64,000 bases of DNA from Felis catus. Its lineage: Eukaryota. A program made the position numbers and the translations under genes. Each line of letters begins with the position of its first letter. The stretch's first letter is position 1. Positions 25,901 through 38,540 of the stretch are shown here, piece by piece. The notes beneath the pieces were generated by a model that saw only the letters and a list, made by a program, of their open reading frames with translations, had not been told where the DNA came from and did no database searches. The stretch lies in contig NC_058368.1 in the NCBI RefSeq assembly GCF_018350175.1, positions 33,544,001 to 33,608,000 of the forward strand, read 5' to 3'.

Positions 25901-27327
25901 TGCAATGGAAATTATAGTGTCTTCAATAAAACTGGACAGCTACATGCAAAAGAATGAAAGTGGAACACTTTGTTATACCATACACAAATATAAACTCAAA
26001 ATAGATTAATGACCTAAATGTGTGACCTGAAACCAGAAAAATGCTGAAAGAGAACACAGGCAGTAATTTCTTTGACATCAGCCACAGCAATATCTTTCTA
26101 GATATGTCTCCTAAAGCAAGGAAAGCAAAAGCAAACATAAACTGTTAGGATAACATCAAAATAAAAAGTTTCTACATGGCAAAGGAAACAATCAAGAAAA
26201 CTAAAGGAAGACCTATGGAATAGAAGAAAATATTTGCAAATGGCATGTCTGATAAAGGCTTAGTATCCAAAATATATAAAGATCTTACACAACTCAACAC
26301 CTAAAATAAATAATCCACTTAAAAACTGGGCAGAAGACATGAACAGACATTTTTTGAAAGAAGACATACAGATGGAAAACAGACACATGAAAAGATGCTC
26401 AACATCACTCATCATCAGGGAAATGTAAATCAATACCCCAATCAGATATCACCTCACCTGTCAGAATGACTAAAATCGAAAACTGACAAAACAAGTGTTG
26501 GTAAGAATGTAGAGAAAAGAACCTTTGTGCAGTGACGGTGGGAATGCAAACTGGTGCAGCCACTGTGGAAGACGGTAGGGAGGTCCTCAAAATATTAAAA
26601 ATAAAACTACCATATGAGCTAGTACTCTCACTTTTGGGTATTTGCCCAAGGAATACAAAAACCCTAATTCAAAGGAATATATGCACCCCTATGTTTATTG
26701 AAGCATTATTGACAATAGTCAAATTATGGAAGCAGCCTGAGTGTTCATCAATAGCTAAATAAAGAAATGTATATTTATATAATGGAATACTATTCAGCCA
26801 TAAAAAAGAATAAAATCTTTCCATTTGCAAGATGGATATAGAATACAATGGTAAGCAAAATAAGTGAATCAGAGAAAGACAAATATTATATGGTTTCACT
26901 CAAATGTGTAATTTAAGAAACAAAGGAAAAAAAGAAAAATATAAAAACCAAGAAACAGACTCTTAACTATAGAGAACAGATGGTTACCAACGGCAGTATG
27001 GGTAAAATAGGTGAAGGGGATTAATAGTACACTTATCTCAATGAGCACTTGATGCAATTGATGAATCACTATATCATACACCTGTGACCACTATAACACT
27101 TTGTTAACTACACTGGAATTAAGATAAATTTTTTAAAAAAATAACGACAAAATAAAAACAAGTAAAAATAAAAATTATATACAGAACTATCCTATTTAAA
27201 TAACAAAAATGCATTCATATTTAAATTGTGTTATAATGCAGTTTTATTCCAGTGATCTGCACAAATGGCAAAAAAAAAAAAATCAGGATTTTTGAATGTT
27301 GAAACAATTTTTTAAAAATTCTTTCGC

Positions 27328-27541
27328 GGGGACGCCTGGGTGACTCAGTTAAGTGTCTGACTTTGGCTCAGATCATGATATCATGGTTTGTGAGTTCAAG
27401 CCCCACATCAGGCTCTATGCTGACAGCTCAGAGCCTGGAGCCTGCTTCAGATTCTGTGTCTCCCTCTCTGTCTGCCCACTCCCTGGCTCGTGCTCTGTCT
27501 TTCTTAAAAATAAACCAATATTTAAAAAAAAATTTAATAAA
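27328..27541 (+). mobile_element. Can-SINE
   Basis: GGGGACGCCTGGGTG head, A-rich tail, TAAAAATT(C/A)TTT flanks. Confidence 0.95.
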
Positions 27542-29154
27542 TAAAAATTATTTTACATATACACTTTATAGGGACAATGAAGCTTTAGCAATTTCTAGAT
27601 AGGAGATATGAATTAGACATTTTATATTGTGAGTCTAATTATGATTTGGGGAGATATCATAAGCTCATGTTTATAATTAAATTAATAAATGCCACAGGTC
27701 CACTTTTTTGTTTGCTTCTAAATTAGTCTCTCCTTAATATGTATACACAAAATATATCAAGGCTTGCACATGTGTTATTAGGGGATCTTTCTTTCACTCA
27801 TTGATAGTTTGGCTTTTCACAGAAAGATTGAAAGACAGAGACAGCACTCCAGTGTGAGCACATAGTACCTTCTAGTTGACGGGGTTTTATGCAATTAAAT
27901 ATTTAGTTTTATGTTTCATATCTAGTTTTAAGCATGATCATAACATATTTACCTTTAAAATGCCTACTTGTTTTAAATTATTATGAAACCAGAGAGATCT
28001 TTGCTCATGCAGATCGTTTTGCAGGGCAAATAACTATAGCCCACTGGAATGATTGCTTAGAAAGTCATCTAGTGATTTTAACAATGTTAACACACAAAAA
28101 AAAGACATTAAAAATTCAATTGGCATTTAGAAAAATTTTGCTTTGGGCACATTTGGCAACAGTTGTCCAGGATATCAAAGCAATGCCAGTCAAAAGGCAA
28201 TTTATAAAGAGAGAGAGAGAAGAAAAAACAAAACAAAACAAAAAACAATGACAATTTATCAAAGACAATAAAAAAAAAAAACATCAGTAAGTGAGGTATA
28301 CTATTCTTTGTTCTCTCTTACTTCTATTTCAGCTTGTAGTCCTGTGAAACAAGTTTATTTAAAAGCCATTCACTTTCAGTGAATTGAATTCACTCTGCTA
28401 TTCATGAGAAAAGTGGACACAGATTCAAATACACTTTGTGTTGAATTTTCTCTACATGGAGTCAGTGGAATTTTTTTCCTACAATTAAGTTAACGTGTTC
28501 TCTGATGCCAAATACACTTTTATATTCACTTTTGTAAATAGCTTAAAGAACATTTGGATACTACATATTTCTATAATATCATAATAATTAGATTTAATGT
28601 ATTATCAGAGTGCGAGTATTTGAAGTTAATGGCATTTTAATGTTCTTTATATTCTCAGTGTGAATCTCAATTACAACAATTTTTACCTCCTGGGACCACT
28701 AAGAATCCCTAATTTCAATCTTTGCTCCTCTGAACTCTGGCAACAAGATGTAGAGCTTCTAGAAATTGCACCCCTAAAAATGTCTACTCTTCTGATCACA
28801 TGGAGAGAACATTATTGTGTCCACCAATTTTGAATATATGGTCTTATATTGTTTGGAAAAATACGAAATTGCCCCAGAGCGCCAGACTCTGGTTGCTTTC
28901 TCTTTCCTTTATGTTCAGTATCAAAAGATAAGTAGAAATAGTAATAACAATAAAAGAATTAGGCAGAGATTGACCTTGTGGCTGATTTATGTAAGTACTT
29001 CACCTTTCAATTTAACTTACAAATATCTCCTGTTCAAATGTATTTCAAAAAATGCTATCAAAAGAGAGGGTTTTAGGGTAGTTAATGGTCATTCTTGTTT
29101 TCAAAGATCTCTTACTCTAATGGTAAAAGGAAATTAAAAACAAAAGTATGATAG

Positions 29155-29546
29155 ATGATATTATTATTCCAATGCATTCCTTCTCTGTTCACAGATCAAG
29201 CATCTCCTCCCATTGTCATGTGCAGGCAGAAAATATTTCCCCACCTCAGTTTCAGGCCTGGTCTTATGACTTTCATGGATCAATATGAGAAGTGACAATG
29301 TACCAGTTTTGAGCTGAGGCTTTAAAAAGAACCCATGTTTCTTACTTCATGTTCTTTTCACATGCCATCAAGAACATTTTCCACAAAAAGGGCTTAGTCT
29401 TCAGAGTCAGTATCAGAAGGAGAAGAAAATATGGAACAATTTCAATTCATTTTCAACTACTAATAAGTAATGTAATCTGGAAATAAATGTTCTTTTGCGA
29501 TACACTGAGATTTTGTTTTGTTAATGAAATAAAGCTGAGTAATACA
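29155..29546 (+). mobile_element. MaLR LTR relic (MLT1I/H-like)
   Basis: GAAGTGACAATGTACCAGTTTTGAGCTGAGGCTTTAA and GAAATAAATGTTC...CACTGAGATTTTG...GCTGAGTAATACA match MLT1 motifs. Confidence 0.7.
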
Positions 29547-29623
29547 ATATTGTTATTGTTACAATACAATGTTCACGTCTATTCATATTGGAACATTCTG
29601 AAAGACAGAATGCCTGTGTTGGT

Positions 29624-29675
<52 letters not shown>
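29624..29675. repeat. (TTTC)n microsatellite
   Basis: Seen directly. Confidence 0.95.
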
Positions 29676-30135
29676 TTTGTATTTTGTATTTTGAAGTAAC
29701 TTAAAATGGCATTAATAGATGTCTGGAAACAAAATAACTGAATTTTTAGTCATCAAATATTCAGAAAATTGAAACAATCCATATAATTGTATCTCATAGG
29801 ATTGTCAGTAATTTTTTATGCTGGATCATAATTTGTTCTCTGCTATACAAAATGAAGGAGAGTTTAAGTTACATATTTATCTCATTAATTTATATATATT
29901 ATTATTTATTTTAAAATTGGATTCTGATAAATTTGGTATTGACCTTCCTTTTTTGACAATTTGTGATATTGAGTATCATAATTTCTTTAATATAAAGCAC
30001 ATAATATGTTTGAAAATATCAATGGACAGTAATAATATCAACAGAAGAGCACACTAAATATTATGTCATGTTTCCTAAAAACAATTTTAGTCACATAATT
30101 AAAATCTTCTAATTGTGATTTAAGAAGAAATACAG

Positions 30136-31696
30136 TTGCCTGTGTTTTTGGTGTCACTGTTGAGAAATCAATGCCAAAGCCAATGTTATGAAGATTTTTC
30201 ACTGTGTTTTCTTCTAGGATATTTATAGTTTCAAGTCTTACATTTAAGTATTTAATCCATTTTGAGTTGAGTCTTGTGCATGGTGTAAAAAAGGCCCAAA
30301 TTCATTCTTTAATATATGAATATCTAGTGTTCACACCACTAAAGAGAGTATCTTTCCCCCCAGTGTGTATTTTTGAGACCAGTTTCAAATATCAGTTGAC
30401 TATGTATGTGAGGCTTTATTTCTGGAGTCTCTATTCTGTTCCATTAGTCTATATACTATCTTCATGTCCAGTAGCATACTATTTAAATTACTGGAGCTTT
30501 GTAATATATTTTGAAATTAGGAAGTGTGGTGCTTTAGCTTTTTCTTTCTTATTTTTCAACTATTTGGGGTGTTCTCTGAGATTCCATATAAATTTTAGGA
30601 TTTTTTTTCTATTTCTTTAAAGAATGCCGTTAGGATTTTGATAGCAACTGCATTGAACTTGTAGATTGCAAAAACAAAAATAAGCAATTGAGACTATAAT
30701 ATCAAACTAAAAATCTTACACACAGAAAGAAATAACAGAATAAAAAGGTCACCTTCAGATTGGGAGAATATATTTGTAATCCTTGTATCTGATGGATTAG
30801 TATCTAAAATATATAAGGAATTCCTACATTTCAGTATCAAAATAACAACCTGATTAAAAATGGACAAAGGACTTGGAAAATCATTTCAAATGGCCAACAG
30901 ATACATGAGAAAACATTTAATATCACTAATCATCAGAAAAATGCAAATCAAAAGCACAATATCACCTCATACCTGTCAGGATGGACATTACCAAAGTAGG
31001 CAAATATAGCAAGTGTTCCTAAGGATGTGGAGAAAGCAGCAATTCTATACACTGTTGGTAAGAGTGTAGAATGGCATAGCCACTATAGACAACAGTACAG
31101 AGTTTCTTCAAAATTTAAAAACAGAACTACATTATGATCCAACAATCCCACTTCTGGGTATTTTTCCAAAAAAATTAAAATCAGGATCTTCACTCCCATG
31201 TACACTGCAGCATTTTCCCCAATAACCAGCTGGTGGAAACAGGTTCCATCAATGCAAGGCTATCCATTAAATGTCCATCAACAGAAGGATAGATGAAAAA
31301 AATGTGGCACATACATAAGAGAGACTATGATGCAGCCTTAAAAAAGAAATTCTGCAATATGCAATAACATGGATGAATCTGGAGCACATTATGATATGTG
31401 AAATAAGCCAGTCACAGAATGACAAATACTATACTACTCCACTTATATAGGGTATCTAAAGTAATATCACTCATAGAAGCAGAGAATAGAATGGTAGTTA
31501 CCAGGGGCTGGAATAGAGAGAATGAGGAGTTACTATTCATTGAATATAAAGTACCAGTTATGTAGCACCAATAAATTCTAGAGATCTGCTGTACAACATT
31601 AGGCCTATAGTTAATAATATTATATTGTATACTTAAAATTTTATTAAGATAAATCTCATGTTAATTTTTCTTACTACAATAAATAAAATTAAAAAA
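30136..31696 (+). mobile_element. 5'-inverted, truncated LINE-1 (L1MA/MB-like): 30136-30669 antisense, 30669-31696 sense
   Basis: Antisense ORF2 segment joined to the sense 3' segment with A-tail; TSD AAGAAATACAG (30125-30135) / AATAAATGCAG (31697-31707). Confidence 0.9.
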
Positions 31697-32308
31697 AATA
31701 AATGCAGTAAGTGTTAATTTATTATTTAAAGTTTCACTCCCTTGTGGCATAATTGAGAGTATCACCACTATAGAGTGTCTCTTAACTGTCAAGCTGAGTT
31801 CCTGGAGCACCATGTTTTGGACAGGTTAAAGAGAAATTTGTTAAGTTTTGTTTGTTTGGGATTTGTTTTTGTTTTTGTTTTTTTGTGTTTACTGACTGAA
31901 CTACCCAGGCTCCTCTGGTTAGTTGCATTTTTAAATTTTGCAAACAAGTTACAATCATTTAAATGCATTTAAATTAGTGTATCTATTGTGTAACTGGCTC
32001 AAGCAATTATGTAACAATAAAATGTCTGTAATTATATTTATTCATTTATTTTATGTCTTATACTTTCAAACAATTACATACATTTTACTTTATAATTTTT
32101 CTATTCTGATAAGATTTTATTTGCTGCAAATTAATGCTTTCCTGAGTAGAGTATTATTTCCAAATTATAAACATAATGTGAATTAGAATAGTACCTGTTT
32201 TGCTTAATACTATACCCCTAGTACCTAAACAGTGCCCAGCTGTCATCAAATGGACACTAGTGGAAGAAAGAAAAGAAGGATGGAAGAAATGTAAGGAAGA
32301 GCCAAGGT

Positions 32309-32608
32309 GATTTCACTCATGTGGAATTTAAAAAATAAAACAGATGAACATATGGGAAGGAAGGAAAAAAGAGAGAGAGGAAAGCAAACCATAAGAGACT
32401 CTTAACAGAGACTCTAAGAGTCTTAAACTGAGGATGGATGGAGGGATGTGGGTGGGGGATGGGCTAAATGGGGGATGGGTATTAGGAGAACATTTGTTAT
32501 AATGAGCAGTGGGTGTTATATGTAAGTGATGAATCACTAAATTCTACTCCTGAAACCAGTATTACACTACATGTTAACTAACTAGAATTTAAATAAAGTT
32601 TTGAAACA
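32309..32608 (+). mobile_element. Short 5'-truncated carnivore L1 (3' UTR only)
   Basis: Exact TSD AAGAGCCAAGGT at 32297-32308 and 32609-32620; carnivore L1 3' UTR motifs. Confidence 0.92.
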
Positions 32609-34332
32609 AAGAGCCAAGGTAGACATTGGATTGTTAGACACTAAACTCAATAGATACACTTCTAATTATTTACTCAAAATACAACTAAGAATAGAGACAA
32701 TTTATAGTCCTCAACATTAGTTTCCATTGCTAGGTTTCTCCATGACCTGCATAAAATTAGGAACTTTTTATTTACATTATAGATCCTAATTCAGGGGAAA
32801 TATATAGATTAGCAGTCAAACACAAAATACAATAAGTCTTCCATTTCTTCCTTAGCTCCCCTACCCATCTCATTAATTCCCTACCTCCCACTTCTATGTT
32901 CTATGTTTGCCTCCTTTACATAAAGAACTTACTATGGATGGGGATTTACAGAATAACAGATCACCTCAAGTAAGGAAGCAGTGGATCTTTCATGAGAAGT
33001 ACTTCTTGGCAGTGGTGCAAGGAATAGCAGGATTATGGGAGGCATGGAGTAGGAGGGGGGTGATATATTATAATTGACATCATTTATAATTGTCAGCATA
33101 TGGTAATAATTGAAAGCATATGAATTTTAGATTCTCTACTGCTCCCATACTCTTTTGCTACACATGTTAAGATAGTCTATTTTATCACAGAGGGACAGGT
33201 TTTCCTTTAGTTAAGAAAGGTTACATATTCTATTCTCTTTCATAATCATATATAGATACCTGCTTATACCATCTTCCACTTACTACTTATCTAGGGAAGA
33301 TATTAAAGAACATCAGGTCATGTTCAAGCACTACCATCACAATGGTCCCACATACTTTGTTCAGTGGGTCTAGTAGGGATCTCACGCTTTCTATACTAGC
33401 TATTGGCTCTCTAAAATAATGGGCCTTTTTAGAAGTTTGTATAGCAAATCCTTGTATTTTTATCTCTGGTATATTTATTATTCACCTCTAGGTTTGTTAT
33501 ATCCCCTTTTAATACTCACCTAACCACACAAGAGTATTTAATCACAATTTAAACTGAATGATCATAGTAACTTGAGACTTATTTACTAATAAATATGTGC
33601 AAACTTACATCTAAAATCATGTTTTAATGTGTAAACTAGTAATTCCTAGTCCACACTTGTATCTGTGACTTAACATTTAAAATACTCAAAATTACCCAAG
33701 GCAAGACACAAATGAGGCTAGTGTTTATATACATCAGGGAGATGGACATATGCTAAGATCATTATATCCTACCACACACTGACATCTTGTCATTTGCCTA
33801 AAAGAAAGAGGATCTTGTTCTTTTACCTCACTTTGTAATAAGCTTTAACATTTTTTACTTACTTAGAAAGTGCAGGATGTTGTACATCACAATATCTATT
33901 ATCTAATGAGATATGTAAGTAATTGGGATAGTTGCCATTAAATAAGGGGACATAAGGTTTAAAATGTTAGATAAAGGCATATACCATAAAAATCAGAAAA
34001 TAAAAACAGAGTAAAATCCACTGAAATATAGGAGTTTTAGCTTTAGGAACACATTTTAACTATATTTAAAAATAAAAAGAAATAGTAATAAATTCAAATA
34101 AACAAGTAGAAGTGACTGAAACTATAAAAGTACAACTATTTTTCATGATCAATAATTTAGCATCAACTTAAAAAGTAGTTGTGCTTGATTCATAGTTGAT
34201 CTAAATTCAGCAGGTCAAATTTCTTTCTTTTTTTAAATATCATGTAATATAAAGTCAAATATTACTAAAAATAAGGAAAATCCCACACAAACAATGCTGG
34301 TGTCAGTAAAATCAGAATATGGATTGGATAGT

Positions 34333-34435
34333 TTATTGGGTTGACTAGTGTCTCCCAAAATTCATGACCACCTGAAAATCAGAAATAGAAAATAGGGTCT
34401 TTGCAAAGGTACCTGGTTAAAATGAGGTATCAGAC
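34333..34435 (+). mobile_element. 5' fragment of an MLT1 (MaLR) LTR
   Basis: GGGTTGACTAGTGTCTCCCAAAATTCATG...AAATAGGGTCTTTGCA...TTAAAATGAGGT. Confidence 0.7.
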
Positions 34436-34628
34436 TGAATTCAGTAGCACATTAAGACAATCGTACGCCAAAATCAAATGGGATTTATCCAAGGGATGAA
34501 AGAATGGTCAACATACATGAATCAATCGATGTAATAAAATACACCAACAAAATTTTAAAACGACACGATCATAGGTGAACAGAAAGTATATGACAAAGTT
34601 TGACACCCATTCATAATTAAAATTCTCA

Positions 34629-34826
34629 GGACACCTGGGTGGCTTAGTCACTTAGGCAGCTGACTTTGACTCAGGTCATGATCTTACGGTTCGTGAGTTT
34701 GAGCCCTGCATCAGGCTTTCTGCTGCCAGCAGAAAGCCCACTTTAGACCCTTTGTGCCCCTCTCTTTCTTCCCCTCCCCCACTCATGCTTTATCTCTCCC
34801 TCTCAAAATAAATTAAAGATTTAAAA
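34629..34826 (+). mobile_element. Can-SINE in L1
   Basis: SINE head, body and tail; A(A/T)TTCTCA flanks. Confidence 0.92.
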
Positions 34827-36402
34827 ATAATTTCTCAACAAAATAGGGCAGAAGGAACTTGCCTCAAAACAATAAAGTTCATGTATGAAAAACCCCTAGG
34901 TAACATCATTATCAATGAAACAAAAACCAAAAACTGGAAGCTTTACCTTTGAGATCTAGTACATGGCAAGGAATTGCACTCTAACAACTTCTTGTCAACA
35001 TAGTACTAGAAATCCTAGCCAGAGTAATTAGACAAGAAAAATAAATAAGAGGCATTCTAATCAGAAAGAAGTAAAATGATCTGTTTGCAGAGACATGATC
35101 AAATATGTAGAAAATCCTCAAGACTCAACAAAAATTTGTTACAACTAATAAACCAATTCATTAAAGTTGCAAGCTATAAAATTAACATACCAAAATGTGT
35201 TACATGTTTATGCACAAAGAATGAATTATCCAAAAAAATAGAAATTAAGAAATGAAGAGCAATAAAAAGGATAAAATATTCTGGAATAAACATAACCAAA
35301 GAGGTAAAAGATTTGTAGATCTACATTATAAATTACTGATGAAAGAAATTTAAAAAAACAAATGAATGACAAGACAACTTGTGTTCATGGATTGGAAGAC
35401 TCAGTATTACAAGAATGTTCAAACTTCCCAAAGTGATCTACAGATTCAATACAGTGCCTATCAATATCCCAATGGTATTCTTGGCAGAAATAGAAAACAC
35501 AATTTGAAAATTTGTGTGGAACCACAAAAGATACCAAATAGTCAAAGCAATCTTAAGTAAGAAGAACAAAGGTAGAGGCATCATACTTCCTGATTTAAAA
35601 AATATATTCCACAACTACAGTATCAAAGCAAGGTGGTACTGGCATAAAAGCAGACAAATAGACTAAAAGAAAAATGGAAAAATCAATTCTGAGACTCAGA
35701 ATTAATCTATATCTAAATTGTTTTGTGTCCTAATACTTTGTTACCAAGACAACATCATGTGCATTGTGATTTAACAGGAACACCTCTGTGCTGCTTTGAC
35801 AAGGAGAGGGGTTTAGAGGTGTTACACAGGACATGTATGACGATCAAGCTGCTACCAATGGATAGAACATTTTGTATTTGGATCTCTAAAAACAACAATA
35901 ACAACAACAACACAACCTAATATATAGATCAATACTATAAAGAGCCCAGAAGTAAATCTACACATATTTGGTCAACTGATCTTCAACAAGGGTGCCAAAA
36001 ATGCACAAAGCAGAAAAATAAAAATCAATTCTAAGTGGACTAAATATTTAAACATAAGACCAGATACAATAAAGACCAGAAGAAAATGTAGGGAAAAATC
36101 TTGACACTGGTCTTAGCAATGATTTCATGGATATGACATTGAAAATACAGGTAGCAAATGCAAAAGTAAACAAATCAGATTGCATCAATTAAAAAGCTCT
36201 GCATAACAAAGGAAGCAATCAACAAAATAAAAAAGCAGCCTATGAAATGGGAAAAATGTGTGCAAATCATGTCTCTGATAAGAGGTTAATATCCAAAATA
36301 TATAAAGAACTCCTACAATGCCTTAGAAAAATAACAACCTGATTAAAAAGTGGGCAAAGGACCTTATTAAATGTATCTCCAAGACATGAAAATGGCCAGT
36401 AA

Positions 36403-36406
36403 GTAT

Positions 36407-36492
<86 letters not shown>
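36403..36492. repeat. (TA)n(CA)n compound microsatellite
   Basis: Seen directly. Confidence 0.95.
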
Positions 36493-36493
<1 letters not shown>

Positions 36494-37795
36494 AATCACC
36501 ACTATAATGAGATATCACCTCATACCCATTCGAATGCTATTACCAAAGAGACAATAGATAACAAGTGTTGGTGAGGATGTGGAGAAAAGGAACACTTGTA
36601 CACTACTGGTGGGAATATAAATTGGTACAGCCATTATGGGAAATAGTATGGCAGCTTCTCAAAATGTTAAAAATACAACTACCTTATGTTTTAGGAATTT
36701 CACATCCAGGTATATATCCAAAGGGAATGAAATCAGTTTCTCAAAGAGATATCTGCACTCTCATGTTTATTTCAGTATTATTCACAATAACCAAAAGATA
36801 GAAACAACCTAAGTGTCTACTGACAGAGGAACAGATAAAGAAAATGTGGTATACTCACACAAAAACAGACATCTAGATCAATGGAACAGAATAGAAAACC
36901 CAAAAATAAACCCATTACTATATTTCAACAAAGCAGGAAAGAATGTCCAATGGAAAAAAGACAGTCTCTTCAACAAATGGTGTTGGGAAAACTGGACGAC
37001 TTTCCTATACCATATACAAAAATAAATTCAGATGGATGAAAGACCTAAATGTAGACAGGAAACCATCAAAATCCTAGAACAGAACATGGCAAGTAATGTC
37101 TTTGACCTCAGCCATAACATCTTCTTACTAGATAAGTCTCCTAAGGTAAGGGAAACAAAAGCAAAAGTAAACTATTGGGATTAAATCAAAATAAAAACCT
37201 GCACAATGAAGGAAACAATCAACAAAACTAAAAACAAACAACTGAATGGGAGAAAATATTTGCAAATTACCTATCTGATAAAGGGTTAGTATCCAGAATA
37301 AATAAATAATTTATAAAACTGAACACCCCAAAAACAAATAATCCAGTTAAAAAATGAGCAGAAGACATGAATGGACATTTTTCCAAGGAAGACTTCCAGA
37401 TGGCTTACACACATGAAAAGGTCCTCAACATCACTTACCACAGGGAAATTTAAATCAAAACTACAATTAGATACCACCTTACACCAGTCAGAATGGCTAA
37501 AATTAACACAGGAAACAGCAGGGTTGGTGAAGATATAAAGAAAGTGGAATCCTTATGCACTATTGATAAAAACGGAAATTGGCACAGCCACTCTGGAAAA
37601 TAGTATAGAGGCTCCTCAAAAAGTTAAAAATAGAACTATCTTATGATCCAGTAATTGCATTACTAGGTATTTACCCAAAGGATACAAAAATGCTGATTTG
37701 ACAGGATCCATGAATTCTGATGTTTATAGCAGCATTGTCAATAGCCAAGTTATGGAAAGATCCCAAATGTCCATCAGTTGCTGAATGGCTAACAA

Positions 37796-37796
<1 letters not shown>

Positions 37797-37866
<70 letters not shown>
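37797..37866. repeat. (CA)n microsatellite
   Basis: Seen directly. Confidence 0.95.
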
Positions 37867-37867
<1 letters not shown>

Positions 37868-37942
37868 GAATATTACTCAGCCATAGAAAGAATGGAATCT
37901 TGCATTTACAATGACATAGATGGAGCTAAAGAGTATTATTCT

Positions 37943-38125
37943 GGGGCACCTGGGTAGATCAGTTGGTTAAGCGACTGACTCTTGATTTCAACTCAGGTCA
38001 TGATCTCATGGTTGTGAGATCAAGCTCTGTGTCAGGCTCCATGCTGGGTGTGGAGCCTGTTTAATATTCTCTCTCTCCCTCTTCTTCTGCCCCTCCCCTG
38101 CTCACGCTCTTTCAAAAAATAAAAA
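37943..38125 (+). mobile_element. Can-SINE nested in the younger L1
   Basis: GGGGCACCTGGGT head; AAGA(G/C)TATTA flanks. Confidence 0.92.
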
Positions 38126-38494
38126 AGACTATTAGGCTAACTGAAATAAGTGAGTCAGAGAAAGACAAACACTATATGATTTCACTCATATGGGGCATTT
38201 AAAAAATAAAACAAATGAACATAGTGAGGAAGAAAGAAGCAAACTAGGTAACAGTCTCTTAACTATAGAGAACAAAGTTAGGGTTGCTGGAGGGGGAGTT
38301 GGGCAGGGGCATGGGTTATATATGTAATGGGTATTAAAGAAGGCACTTGTTATGATGAGCACTGGGGCACTGGGTGTTGTATATGTGATGAATCACTAAA
38401 TTCCACACATGAAATTAATATTACACTGTATGTTAACTAACTGGAATTTAAATAAAAACTTGAAAAAAAGGAGAAAACAAAAAAGAAGATGTGG

Positions 38495-38497
<3 letters not shown>

Positions 38498-38538
<41 letters not shown>
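38498..38538. repeat. (CA)n microsatellite
   Basis: Seen directly. Confidence 0.95.

Positions 38539-38540
<2 letters not shown>

Larger units (their letters stand above)
19459..27182 (+). mobile_element. Full-length but decayed LINE-1 (5' UTR, ORF1 from ~21670, ORF2 from 23161, 3' UTR, A-tail)
   Basis: ORF2 starts MAISPYLFIITLNVNGL (APE endonuclease). ORFs 23316 and 23764 are endonuclease pieces. RT motif LSADDI at ~25233. Many stops and frameshifts. TSD AAAAATATCCTTTTTA (19443-19458) / AGAACTATCCTATTTA (27183-27198). Confidence 0.95.
36855..38481 (+). mobile_element. Younger carnivore L1 3' fragment nested in the older L1
   Basis: ORF2 3' region repeats here with a carnivore-type 3' UTR; TSD AAAGAAAATGTGGTATAC (36837-36854) / AAAGAAGATGTGGTATAC (38482-38499). 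Confidence 0.92.

Noticed and set aside
19459..27182. Active, retrotransposition-competent L1
   Set aside because: ORF1 and ORF2 have numerous stops and frameshifts, and the element carries LTR and SINE insertions.
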